From Podarcis gaigeae (Eukaryota), in NCBI GenBank assembly GCA_964106915.2, contig OZ066914.1: a stretch of 64,000 nucleotides of DNA, one strand, 5' to 3'. Below the pieces are notes generated by a model. The model did not search any database. It saw only the letters and a program-made list of their open reading frames with translations, and was not told the DNA's origin. Position numbers and translations under genes: made by a program. Position 1 is the stretch's first letter, and every line of letters starts with the position of its first letter. This document shows positions 25,353-37,129 of the stretch, piece by piece.

Positions 25353-25740
25353 TTATTTTAAATTGTTTTTTACTGAATATTTTATTGTGTTACAAAACAA
25401 ACAAACAAGGAAAAGCAACTAGAAATGTACCGGTAACTAGACCCTGGAAAAGCCCATCAGGAGCGAACATAGACCACTGGTACCAAAATATATGGGAAAC
25501 TGCCCTACTAGAAAAGTTAACCAACAAACTTAAACTGGCATGGGGCCAAGCAAAGGAGGATGCCTTCACCCCCGCGTGGCTCCCCTTTATCTACAGCCCT
25601 ACAAGACAATGATCTATCCCCCACAACAGCATACAAATCAATAGGGCTAATCTGACCCCACAATCCCTCCCTGTCTCACACATACAATCAAACCACACTG
25701 CAACCAACCAAGCTCTGGACCCTCCAATCTCTCGCAATGC
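25353..25740. mobile_element. L1-clade LINE fragment with 5' inversion and 13-bp TSD
   Basis: Plus strand encodes L1 ORF2 C-terminus-like RPWK..WYQNIWETALLEKLT..FTPAWLPFIY; an A-rich tail with AATAAA is on the minus strand at 25353-25414; CATTTTTATTTAT flanks both sides (25340-25352, 25741-25753). Confidence 0.7.
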
Positions 25741-26244
25741 CATTTTTATTTATCAGTTCTAGTGCCGGTGTGCTTGAAGTTAGGAATACCTTTGACACGT
25801 TCTTCATAAAATTGGCATATATTTTATTATTATTTATTTTATTCATTAAGTTCCTATACCATCTTTCATTCAAAGATCACAAGGCGGTTTACAATATAAA
25901 GGTTCATAAATTTTACAACGTTGTGAACAAACGCACCATAACATTTCACCTTTCTTGCAACTTCTTAAACTGATGCTAAGCATACACTTACATAGCAAAC
26001 ATGAAACTTATTCACTAGTACTTGAGAGGTGACAATATGGTCTTAATCCCCTATACAGAGCTTTAGAAAACCTTTTTTTAAAAAACAGTAGCCAGCCTGT
26101 GGCAGAGGCAAGCAGGTTTTGTGCATTCTCCCTCCGAAGGGCAAGAAAGTAAGTAGGACAACAACTGGACACCCGTAAAAACAAACAAACAAAAACCTCC
26201 ATACACAAGTGTCACTATGTACAGTACTTCTACTAAGGTCTTAC

Positions 26245-26354
26245 CTAAACTGGACCTGGTGTTTGACCGCTCAATTATTGCCCTCTTGCTTGGATTATTT
26301 AGAACAGACCTCTTAGCAAGAGAAATGTCAGCTGTCACTCTAGTTATTGATATC
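26245..26354 (-). CDS. CACNB4: CACNB4 exon 10 (110 nt)
   Basis: [36 protein letters not shown]; AG / GTAAGA. Confidence 0.97.
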
Positions 26355-27394
26355 CTACAAAGGAAAACAGAGTATAAAATAACTTCGGTCAAGGTTTCAG
26401 AATAAAAATTGTGGTGCATTGCCATTTACATTGTAAACTTTACGTTATGTACTAGAAAAACCAGGCATGCCAGCTGCTGCTTATCCACAAATTAAAGTGT
26501 TGGTGAGGCAGACAAGTCAAAATTCTAAAAGATGACTTCTATTACAGTAGATCTTTATGTACGGAAGACCATGCAAAACAACAACAACAACAATTTATTA
26601 TTTATACCCCACCCACAAAAACAAAACAAACAAACAAACATACCCCAAGACTTAATAACAACAACAACAACCTGGGACACAGATGGACAAGATTTACAGA
26701 ACACCAACAAACATTATTGTTCACTCATTTCTATTCCACAATGCTTCTATTTTACCCTAAATACATCACTTGGATGCATATTCTATTAAAATAGATGGGA
26801 TTAAGCTACATCTTTAATGTCTAAACTTGGAGATGCCAGTCTGTAAATATCTCCGTTCCATCAGTTTAAACTGTGAGGATGCAATCAGATCAGCAGTTTT
26901 GAGTGCGATGTGTTATGGCTGTTCAATCAAAAGCTTGTGACGCGGCCTCTGACCTGGCATTGTTGAACAATTCTTGGCGCCTCCTTCCCATCATGCAAAA
27001 GCATGTACCTCTTTAAGGAACTACAAGCCTTCCCTATGATTGGTATGGGCAGTAACTGTGTCTAGTATCTTCTGGTCATTTTCCTTCCTCACCTCACCCC
27101 TTTCCTCCTTTAAAAAATCCTATTTGCCATTGTCACTGTGTGTCAGATTAAACCTTTTTCATAAAAAAAGAAAAGAAAAATGTATCACTGCTGCATCCTT
27201 ACCCTTTTCTGACAAATCAAGTTGATGCTTCTTGTGTTGACTGAGCCACTAAATTTGTATTTTCTCCCCTACAGATGGGAACATGTGATAAGGGATTTGT
27301 CGCCATGTTCCAAGATGCAGATATTATTATTATTATTTTATTATTTACCTTCACCATTCTTCAAACAAATGAATATTCAGATAAAGATATGAGG

Positions 27395-27500
27395 TGGTAT
27401 TCAACTAAGTTTTACTCAAAGAAGACCCACTGAAATTAATTAGAATGACTATGTTAGATCCATTAATTTCAATGGGCAAAACTAAAGTTGAATCCCACCC
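27395..27500. repeat. Palindromic non-autonomous element (related copies ~22896-22972, 50853-51060, 24730-24940)
   Basis: Inverted ends ATTCAACT/AGTTGAAT with inner arms CCCACTGAAATTAAT/ATTAATTTCAATGGG. Confidence 0.65.
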
Positions 27501-28140
27501 ACACAGCTTGAGGGCCCTCAGTATGAAAGAAATGCTACTCTGTAGAGTAGAAAGGAGAAATCAGACCCTCTTAGGATGATCTTTCATTTCTTCTTTTGTG
27601 CCAAACAGATATAGCTGATACTTGTTGGTAATGATGCTCTTCAGTATCTTCCACGTATGATACAAAAATATGCTCCACAAAGGGTTTATTCATAGCAACC
27701 CTTGACTTGCCATTGACAGTTGCCATGGTTTCCTATAGGAAAACAATGACGTCCAGTTACCATAGTCATATGCTGTACTGAAAGACATCTGACAGCAGCA
27801 GTGACAGAACACCTGCTCTGTGTTCCACACTTAATATAAATGCCTGTTTCCAAAGCCATGCAACAAGCTGCAGAGATATAAAATTATTTCAGAACTTCGG
27901 GAGAGGGGAGTGCGAGGGTGCCAACGAGAGCCAACACCTCAACTGTGAGAGAATTCAAAGAGATGACGCATTTAGCTGCAGAAATGTTTCATCTGACAAG
28001 TGCCTACATAACAATGATCACCTCTGAAGGGCGGGTTCATGCCACCTTAGCTGTGCAAAGAGAAAAACTGGAAAACTTGTATGCAAGAGTATTCCATATT
28101 TGTGTGTGTGTGCGCGTGTGTGCAAGAATATTCTGCTATA

Positions 28141-28382
28141 CAGTGGAACCTTGGTTCTCGAACTTAATCTGTTACGGAAGTCCATTCAACTCCTGAAACT
28201 GTTCAAAAACCAAGGCAAGACTTCTGATTGGCTGTAGGAGCTTCCTGCACTCAAGCAGAAGCCGCATCGGACGTTCGGCTTCCAAAATATGTTCGAAAAC
28301 CATAACACTGACTTCTGGGTTTGTGGCGTTCGGGAGCCAATTTGTTCAACAACTAAGCCGTTCAAGAACCAAGGTACGACTG
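28141..28382. mobile_element. Tc1/mariner MITE, copy 2 (inverted relative to copy 1)
   Basis: TIRs CAGTGGAACCTTGGTTCTCGAAC / GTTCAAGAACCAAGGTACGACTG with TA flanks; the interior is reverse-complementary to 5303-5549. Confidence 0.9.
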
Positions 28383-29345
28383 TACTTATACATTTCTGAT
28401 CTATGGCAGAGCAAGGAGGAGCAACAGTTTCTCTGGACATAAGCTTTTCTCAATAGTCCCTCAACTCCTGGTGTCACAAACACATTTGGGAGTCAGATTA
28501 GACTAAACTTCATTCCCATTCAGGGGCCCTTGCTCCCCTGTTCATCAGCGTAGGAGCAAGGATGTGCCAAGTAGTCCATCACCTTTTGTGCAAAGAGAAC
28601 AGCCACCTGCAATGAACCAGCCTTTGGGTATACAACTGCATGCACAGAAGATTCTGCTTGACCCAAAATCCTGCACTATCAGCGTTCTAGGTTGAAAGGA
28701 ACCTCCTTCATGCACAGTGCTCTGTCACTGCAGTCGCTCTTCACATGAAGACCAGTGGAGCTGGGCTAATTGGCAGGTCCTTGCTCCTATGTTGGGAAAC
28801 ATGGGAGCCAGAACAACCACACACAACTTTAGTTGCATCTGACGTTTTGGCCCAAAGAAGGTAACTCAAGGAGTCTGTTGCACCAACAAAGAGATCCACG
28901 TAGCTAACATGGGAAGGGTGAAATCAGTTGACCCCTTGAACAAGGAATGCATGATTTCTAAGAAAACAAACAACCAGAACAGGACCCACCAATGGTAAGA
29001 AGGAAGCTTGGGGATGTGTCACCAGCTTCAGACTTTGTTTAAGTCCATTCATAAGCCACCCATCAGTAAAAGGGCAGCACTCAGTTTAAAACAGATGCAA
29101 TAAAACCACAAGAGCAAAGACAAAAACGACTGCCCCTAAAGAACTTACAGTGATGCATTTCTATTTTTAAAAGTCTAAAAGGAAGCTTTCAAGTCCAATC
29201 AAAGATCCGCAATAAAATAGCAAAGGAGTTAACAATAGGAATTTATGAATCAAAAGTAGTTTTGTGCCTGGAAACAAACTGAGAATTGTGCCTGGAAACA
29301 AAGTGGGATCCAATAAAGATCTGAAAATATAAGATCATTTATAAG

Positions 29346-29826
29346 TAGGGGGTGGGCAAATCTGCCAACTTCAGTTTCTCAATTTTTGAGAAGTTCTGAA
29401 TCACAGAATCGTGGAGCTGAAAGGGCCCCCATGGATATTCATACACATTTTGATCCACGTTCCCCCCAAAATATGCATTTTTAAAAGTACTTTTTTCTAA
29501 TACAATACATTTTTGTATGCTCTTTTCATCAATATACATTCTGCATGTGTACTTTTTGAATTGTTTTTAATATTTGTTTTTAACGGGGTTCTTTGGATAA
29601 TTTTCTTGTGTTATTCTTTTCGTAAAGTACTTGGGGGTTTCATTACAATCAAATGATATCTTGTGAAATAAATAAAAAAAATCATTTTTATACGTTTTAT
29701 TTGGTTGCAAAATTGCATCACAAAATTTAGATAATGGTGAATGTCGAGGAAATACTGTGTTACAGTTCATGTACTGGTTCTGGAAGGTTTGGCAAATGGA
29801 CTGAATGAATTTCTCCCCCATACCTA
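29346..29826. mobile_element. Probable non-autonomous DNA transposon with a short CR1-tail insert at ~29400-29430
   Basis: Imperfect inverted ends TAGGGGGTGGGCAAAT / ATTTCTCCCCCATACCTA; AATCACAGAATCGTGGAGCTGAAAGGG resembles a minus-strand CR1 tail. Confidence 0.45.
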
Positions 29827-30213
29827 CTTTTAAGACCAGTTCAGATTCCGACTCCCATGTTTTGAACCAGCTGATGTTTCCAGGCACCATTTTCACAGCA
29901 GCCTCACGTATAATGCACAACATTTATCAAGTCTACTAGATGCTACCAGGGTGTGTGACAACTGTAACCAGATCACCTCATTCCTGTAAGGGACACAGCT
30001 GGTGTGTCAAGCAAAGTTGGTAAAAGCCAGTCTGGATTCAGCTTTGTTCAGACCTTAAACCTGATTGGGGTCTCCTCAGAGGGGGATCAGAGCAATTTTG
30101 CCAACTTTGGTTGCCACATCAGGGCACAACCCTCCAATAGTCGCACACTACCAGTGACCCTGAAGAGCTAATGGATACAGAACTACCCCAGGATATAGCT
30201 GTCCACAACAGCA

Positions 30214-30287
30214 GGGATTCGAACCGCCGACCTTCTGATCGGCAAGTCCTAGGCTCTTGATTTAACCCACAGCGCCACCCGCGTCCC
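30214..30287 (-). mobile_element. Sauria SINE 5' head only
   Basis: Minus strand GGGACGCGGGTGGCGCTGTGGGTTAAA..GGCGGTTCGAATCCC with A and B boxes; matches the heads of the copies at 54.5 and 55.6 kb. Confidence 0.85.
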
Positions 30288-33200
30288 ATAAATGCCCCTT
30301 ATGGAACAGCAATTTTAAAAACCATGGATTCTCCACCTACAGCCAAATACAGCCAAATAGTGAGAAGTGGCAGGGTTCCAAAATTGTGCCAGGCTCAGAG
30401 AAAGGTTGGCAGGATCTCCATTTAATGAAGATAACCAGCACATCTTGTTTACATTTCTAGTCCAACTTTCCTGTTCAAGCTGTTTCGTGAAGCCACAGAC
30501 CACATCAATATTCCAGTTGTGTGTGTATACCTCCCCATACACACACAAAGGACACAGCACGGCCCTCACCAGTACCAATATTTGACCCAAAGGCTTGGAA
30601 ATATCCCAAGGCTCTGTTATTGAAATAAATGATTTGCAATGATAATCCAGAAACAGCAGCATTGTTTTCCGGGGCGGGGGGGAGTCTGAGCTTCCTGAAA
30701 TGCAATAATTCACAGTATGAAGCTACTACTGATGGTTATGAAGGGCTTTGATACTCACACAGCTGGGTGCATGTTGTGCGTGTGGTGTTAACATTTTGCA
30801 TTAGGAACATTTTGCATTAGGAAACATATTCAGAGTAAGAACTGTTGGACTCGGGTATTCCCTCAGGAACTCAGTTCAAAAACTTTCCAGCTTGTCATGG
30901 AATATATCATTCCTCCTTCATATGTTTAGGGACAGAATGACAGGGTAAAAATATGTGGATAAATTCTGTTTTCAAAAAAGTGTTTCATAAGGCTCTGTAA
31001 GATCTTGGCATGGTTTTAAGACCTAGTGGGTTGGCTGCTGGTCTAAGCGCATCAGAGGAAGGCGTACAAACAAAACTAGCCTGACATACGTGAGAGAGGA
31101 TTGTGGAACCAAGACGTTACTTTTTAGGGGTTTTCAGAACTTCATTCAAAGATAAGGAGCACAAGTTTAGCTAGTGTCCTCCTCACACATAATATATTAA
31201 TTACCTCAGCTGGGAAGATGAGGAGAAAGATGAAAGGGGAAAGATGAAATCCCAAGGGTGAACAAAATAAACAAATAATCAGCCCAGTGCATTTCAAATT
31301 TGGGTCATAAAACACACTACAGAACACAGTGTTGTGCTTCTTAACTGGAAGAGTCCCACAAACATCCCAAAATGGTTCGGTGAAATTTGAAAATCTCCCA
31401 CCTTAGGAACTTCATTTCCCTACTCTTGTCTTGGCCAATAACCCGTCCCTCCAACCATGGGAGTGTCCATGAGTAACAACATAGTGTGATCTAGTCTCCT
31501 GCCACATCTTGCAGCCTTAAGTGCTCAATAGTCAAAAAATTGTGTTGTGTGACAAAGCAGGCAGGGTATATGTCACAACTGATTTAGATGACTTATTCTG
31601 TGTGAGGGAGGGAGACAGCCTTGGAGGTCTGACAGGACATCGTGACATGTTGTAGGGGGTTCCTTAACCAAAATAGGGTTGAAAACCACTGGTGTGGGGT
31701 CATTTCTAGTTCTGCCTGGAGATGCCAGGGAGTGAACCTGGGGCCTTCTGCCAACAAAGCTGATGCTCCACAACAGCACTATTCTTATTGGATTATCCAG
31801 TGCTATTTTCTAGAAAATGAGGTGCCAGTTCTCACCATGAACACCTCCCTTGTTCTCTTATAATGGGAATGGCGTCCATCCGCGAGTTCCAGTGAGTTTC
31901 AGCTTTTTTAAAAAAGCCCTGGTTATCACTGGAAATGCTGTGCAAACCAAGTATTTTATTCATAGAAGACAGGTAAGGTTTCACTTGATTGAACAACAAA
32001 GTCTATGCTGGGATGGGAGGAGATAACATTTAACACAAATCCCACAATCCTCATTTCCCTCATATTACACACTAGTGCTTATAGGCCTTCACTTACATTA
32101 TCTCATGGCGAACCTGTGGCCCTCCAGATGTTGCTGGACTGCATCATTCATCACCATTGGCAAAGATGACTGGGGCTGATGGGAGTTACAGTGCAGAAAC
32201 AACTGCACTGTTACACAGTGGAGTGGTCGAGTCCGGGATTCTAGCTGCTCCTCCATTTTATTCCTCCTACCTGCCTCCAGTCTTCCATTTTTCTTTCTCT
32301 CAGCCATCAGTAAGAATTCAAGGACCCCTAAGCTGTTCTTGTGTTTACAACCCCCTCCTTTAACTGCTTTCTCTCCCCCTCCCTCCCTCTCTCTCCCTCT
32401 TCCTCCCTCCCCCCCCTCTCTCTCACACACACACACTTATGCAAACCTTGGGCATTTTCTGAGCCTGCTGGTATTTTCTCCTCATGCATTGGTGGTGCTT
32501 TTTTTGACTACATAAGGCTACATTCAGATAATCTTTGATGTTAGTATATAGACAAAGATGTACCATCCTAAAATTGTTTCAAACCAAGCCCATATCAATT
32601 AAAATGCATTTCAGCTTCAGTGGAAAATGGCTGTTTTCTGTTTGCTTGGATGGTTTTCTGTTCGGTGCTTTGAAGCAAACAGAGGACACACTCTTTTTCT
32701 GGGCACTGCCATCTCCAAGCAGCAGTTTTATTTCTCACTTCTGAGCAAATATTGGCTGCCCTCAGCACTTTGTTCTGTACACTGTTTAAATTTTCTCAAC
32801 TTCCGATAGGTAGTCATGCGCCAGGTTGCAATTAGAGTTATTTTGAGTTTCACAATCAGTTTTTTAAGTGTGTTAAACATATAACAGGAAAGCTTTGGCT
32901 GAAATAAATCCAACAAAATGGCAGCTTAGAAATTACTTTATGAATGCTTTAGATAGGTTCTTATTGTTTTTGCAGATAATGTTGTTCAATTCTTTATTAC
33001 AATCAAGCAGTATATAAGCCTTGTGAAACAAACAAACAAGATGGCATTACCATTTAAAGGCCTCTAGTTTCCAAAGTCTGGTTTTTTAAAAAAAATAGCT
33101 GACACAATAATTAATATTGCTAGCTCTTGTATAGATAACAAAACAAATGAACACCGCTGCATCTATAGCTGTTGCTCCCAGTTTTGAATGCATTCAGGAA

Positions 33201-35711
33201 CTTACACCAACAATGTTCTCCAATTTCCATTGGAATCATTGTACATGTGATGTATGATCAGCTGATCTTGGCTGCATCCTGATGCAGAAAATATTGAATG
33301 CTGAGGGACAATGGCATACATCTATGTTTACCAGAAAATCGCCCATGAGTACTGTGGCCACCAGAATTTTTAACTAGAGGGTTCTGTATGGTGAACTCAT
33401 GGATTAACAGGGTATCACAGACATCTGAGACCCCAAATTCTGCCATCACTCAGGCTTTCCCACAGGCTTGCCCTGCCCTACTTTATGCTCAGCACTAACC
33501 ACACAGCTCTCCCTTGTTTGGTGGTAGCAGTAGCAACAAGAGACCACAGTGTTACGTCTGTTAGACCCCAGGTGCAGACCTTTAACACTGGTGCACAAAT
33601 GCAGCAGCATCTAGGACCACCAGAAAACACGGGGAATGCATTTCAAACCATGGTTACTGATGCCTTTATATAGTTCCTATGTTTCCTGCCACCTCCAGAT
33701 GCTGGTTAGCAGTAACCATGTCAACCAGGAACCTTGACGCTGGCCTGGAAGCTGTTGTTATTTGCTGCCCACCACAGTTACCATGCAAGCATGTGTCTAG
33801 GAGTTAACAGGATCCCCACTTTGAGCCTCAGCTGCCACTGCTACCCCCAGATAACTGTAAAGGAAGGAGGAGATCAAGCAGCAGCAGAGGGGCTCCAAGA
33901 TGACATACTGAGACTGGATTACAACTGAATGCCATTGAATCCTGATAAGGTCATGGGGAATTACAGTGGGCCCAAACTTTAGAATGGGTGCATCTTCCAA
34001 AATGATTTATTTTAATGTGTGCGCACCCGCGCTGCTCAAGTTCAAACCATTCAGAACTGCTCACCCATTATTTCCTTGGAGATTAATAAGGCCTTGCCAA
34101 ATAATGTTTTTACCACCAATATGTCACTCTGATGAGAAGAAAGTTGTAAAGTAATATAAAATCAGCATCTATGATTGTGACTATTCCCTGCACATCTTTC
34201 TTCCAGAAGGCAACACTTTCCTGCTGTTTGCCAAGAAGCGTGCTTGTGAAATTACTATGGAGTCGACCAAGAATCATTCAGATAGCAAAAGCAGTGAGCA
34301 AATTAATCTTTTGGAGAAAGTAAAAGCTTGATTGAAGCAGCGAAAAGCAGGAAATGTGGCTGATAAGAGTGCACATTTTGAAAAGCAGTCATTTGAACGA
34401 TAGGCTAAAGTCCAGCCTAGCCATTAAGCATGTAGCAATTAGGCATGAAAAAAACCTCCCTTTACAAAAATAGAGGCATCTGGAACCAGACACCCAGTTC
34501 CACTCATCTACATCACTGTATTGTAAATTTTGTGCAAGAATCAAAACACTGATAGGTAAGCATAACAAGCTCCAAAGAAGCCCACTATTCTGTCAAAAAG
34601 TAGTTTATTTTCACCTATTTGGACCTTAGTTTGAAAGGTATTAGGTATATTTGTGGCCTCTTTCTTGCTCACTTTTTAGTGGAGTGGGTTGTGTGCCTAT
34701 TTACAGGATGTGTTTTCCTTGTTTCGGGTTTTTTATACTTCATTTTTAATGTATGTATTACCTTGCCAGTTGCTTTGGGTCATTTTTCATGCAAAAGGCA
34801 ACCAAAAATGATTTTTTTAAAAAATCTAGTTGGCCACTGTGAAAACGGGAGGTTGGACTTGACAGTCCTGTGGCTTAATCCAGCATGGCTCTTATGTTCT
34901 TACTCATCCATTATTGCTTTACGAGGGGGCAAAAGTCTCCCTCTTACACTCATCTGCCTACAAATAAGAAATCTTAGTAATGTAATCTCTGTTTTGAACC
35001 CTTACCCTGGACAATTTGAAATGCCATGAAACAATAGCAGAGAACAGCTGGCAGCTCCAAATTAGCAGCTCTTTGGGACAGGCCAGCTATTTTGGGGTCA
35101 ACCATTATTCTCATCAAGTACGGTATAATACTGTTTTACTGGATTTTATGTTGCACCTTGTTTTTAATGATACTCCTTTTATGTTGCATTTTTGTATATT
35201 GATTTTTAAATGTTAAAGATAAATCAATCAAATTGAAATAAATCAAATTGAATTTTTTTACACCAGCTTTTTAAAAATATTGTGGTTCTGCAGAGGTTTG
35301 GTCAACTCAGGTCGTTAACATGCACAGAAAATTAATGTGCTGTAGAAAAAGTCACTTTTTAGATCCTTGATTATGCATTGCACGGCAACAATAATTTCTC
35401 TAAGTTGGGCACTGCATTTTTCTTGAGAAGAAAGACAACTACATTCCATCTATTTCAACTTTTAGCATTAATTCATCCAGGTTCAAGATTTGATTCTGTT
35501 GTTAGATCTATGCAGTTATGCAGCCGAACACAGTAATGCAACATAATTAATGCAAATAATTAAGAAGGCTGCGTTCCAAGGTTAAGTGAAAGAATATAAG
35601 CAAGAGCTAGGGAACTATGTTGACACATACAATGGAAGCAATCAAGATGGAAGTTCCAGATGGAATCATTCATACAGGGTAGGAAACATGAAAGAGAGCT
35701 TTATTCCTCAC

Positions 35712-35770
35712 CTCCCATCAAACCTGTGCTTCAGGAAGTCAAACAGGGCTTTCTGCATCATGTCTGTCAC
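35712..35770 (-). CDS. CACNB4: CACNB4 exon 9 (59 nt)
   Basis: VTDMMQKALFDFLKHRFDG(R); AG / GTGAGG. Confidence 0.97.
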
Positions 35771-36621
35771 CTTTCAGGGATGAGGAATATTGAGGAAGGA
35801 TTGAGAACAGAGATAAAGAAGCCCGAGGTAAGAAAAGAGTTGGAAAGTAAAGACATTTGTGAACAGCCAATGCCCATTACATTGGCGTGAACATTTCAAC
35901 TATGGGATACCCTCATTGGTCAGATCTCCTTCAACTGACAAATCCACTTTCTAACTATAAAGAAGGAATTAAATACATTGACTCTTCCCAACTTTTGCAA
36001 ATGAGATACCCCAAAGCGAAAGCTCTGCTTCCCTCATAAATAAAAAGGATATTCACAACATTCCCCAAACTATGTTGGCAATATGCAGAAGTGAGAAGGT
36101 TTCTACCCTTTAACCCCACAGTGCAAGATTCAATCTGAACAGGTTTTAAACTGCCCTGGGAGGGAGATCAAGATAAGAACATTAGTTTTATTATTTTAAT
36201 TTTTAAAAACCATGTTCTCCAAGTTGTATTACTCATCGGCTTAAAGCAAGTGTTTCACTTTGCATGTATTATTCTGTCCAAAGTAAAAGGCGGCATTTCT
36301 CCCCAATAGAGCAGGAAGAATGATCAGATCAGGAAATAAAGCTGTGGGAACTGGTGGTCCACTTCTGGCAGTCCAGATGTGAGCAATCGCCCCACTTTAG
36401 ATTTTATAGATCTATGGTCCTACCAGGAATGTAGATGGAAATCCATAGGCCAGAACAGTGTGTTTTGGGTAATTAACCATGTGCAGGTGGTTAATTGCTT
36501 ATAGGGAACTGAGCCTGGTTCTCATTCAAAAGCAGCAGCAGCACTCACCCATATTTGAATGGTTCGGGGGGGGGGGGAGCAGCAAAGAGGGTTGTGAAAG
36601 GCGGACCAAGCAAAGAGTTTA

Positions 36622-36726
<105 letters not shown>

Positions 36727-36821
36727 CTAAAACAAGAATGGCATGTCCAATAAATGTATTGTCTTGAATGGATATTGTACGCTATTTCTACAGGGCACAA
36801 GGTGGGAGTTTGTATACTTAC

Positions 36822-36841
36822 CACTTTCTGTTTCTGTTTTG
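36822..36841 (-). CDS. CACNB4: CACNB4 exon 7, 20-nt HOOK microexon
   Basis: (A)KQKQKV; TTTCAG / GTAAGT; 95-nt intron to exon 8. Confidence 0.95.
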
Positions 36842-36994
36842 CTGAAAGATCAATAAATAAATAAATATTACTTCGCTTAACCATGTAAAAAGTCACGCAG
36901 CATGCAAACTATGCCTTGCACAGCAATTCCATCTGATGGTAGCCGAAACAATTAGAAAAGCTAACAGTAATGAATTTGCACATCTCTTGACTTC

Positions 36995-37129
36995 CTTCTG
37001 AAGAAGCAGCATTGTTTAGTTTGATGAGTGCATTTCAGTTGCTCGTTCCATTCATGTTCACCCCAGGATCCCCAGTTCAGGATCCCACCCTCCACCACAA
37101 TTCATCTAGAACCAAAGGGTTTCCTTCGC
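36995..37129 (-). pseudogene. Vestigial long alternative HOOK exon (paralogous to the CACNB1/CACNB2 'PFFKK' exon)
   Basis: AG acceptor at 37131-37130, entry frame GEGNPLVLDEL, end THQTKQCCFFR (TTCTTCAGAAG) and broken donor G-AAGT; 135 nt; two stops and frameshifts. Confidence 0.6.
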
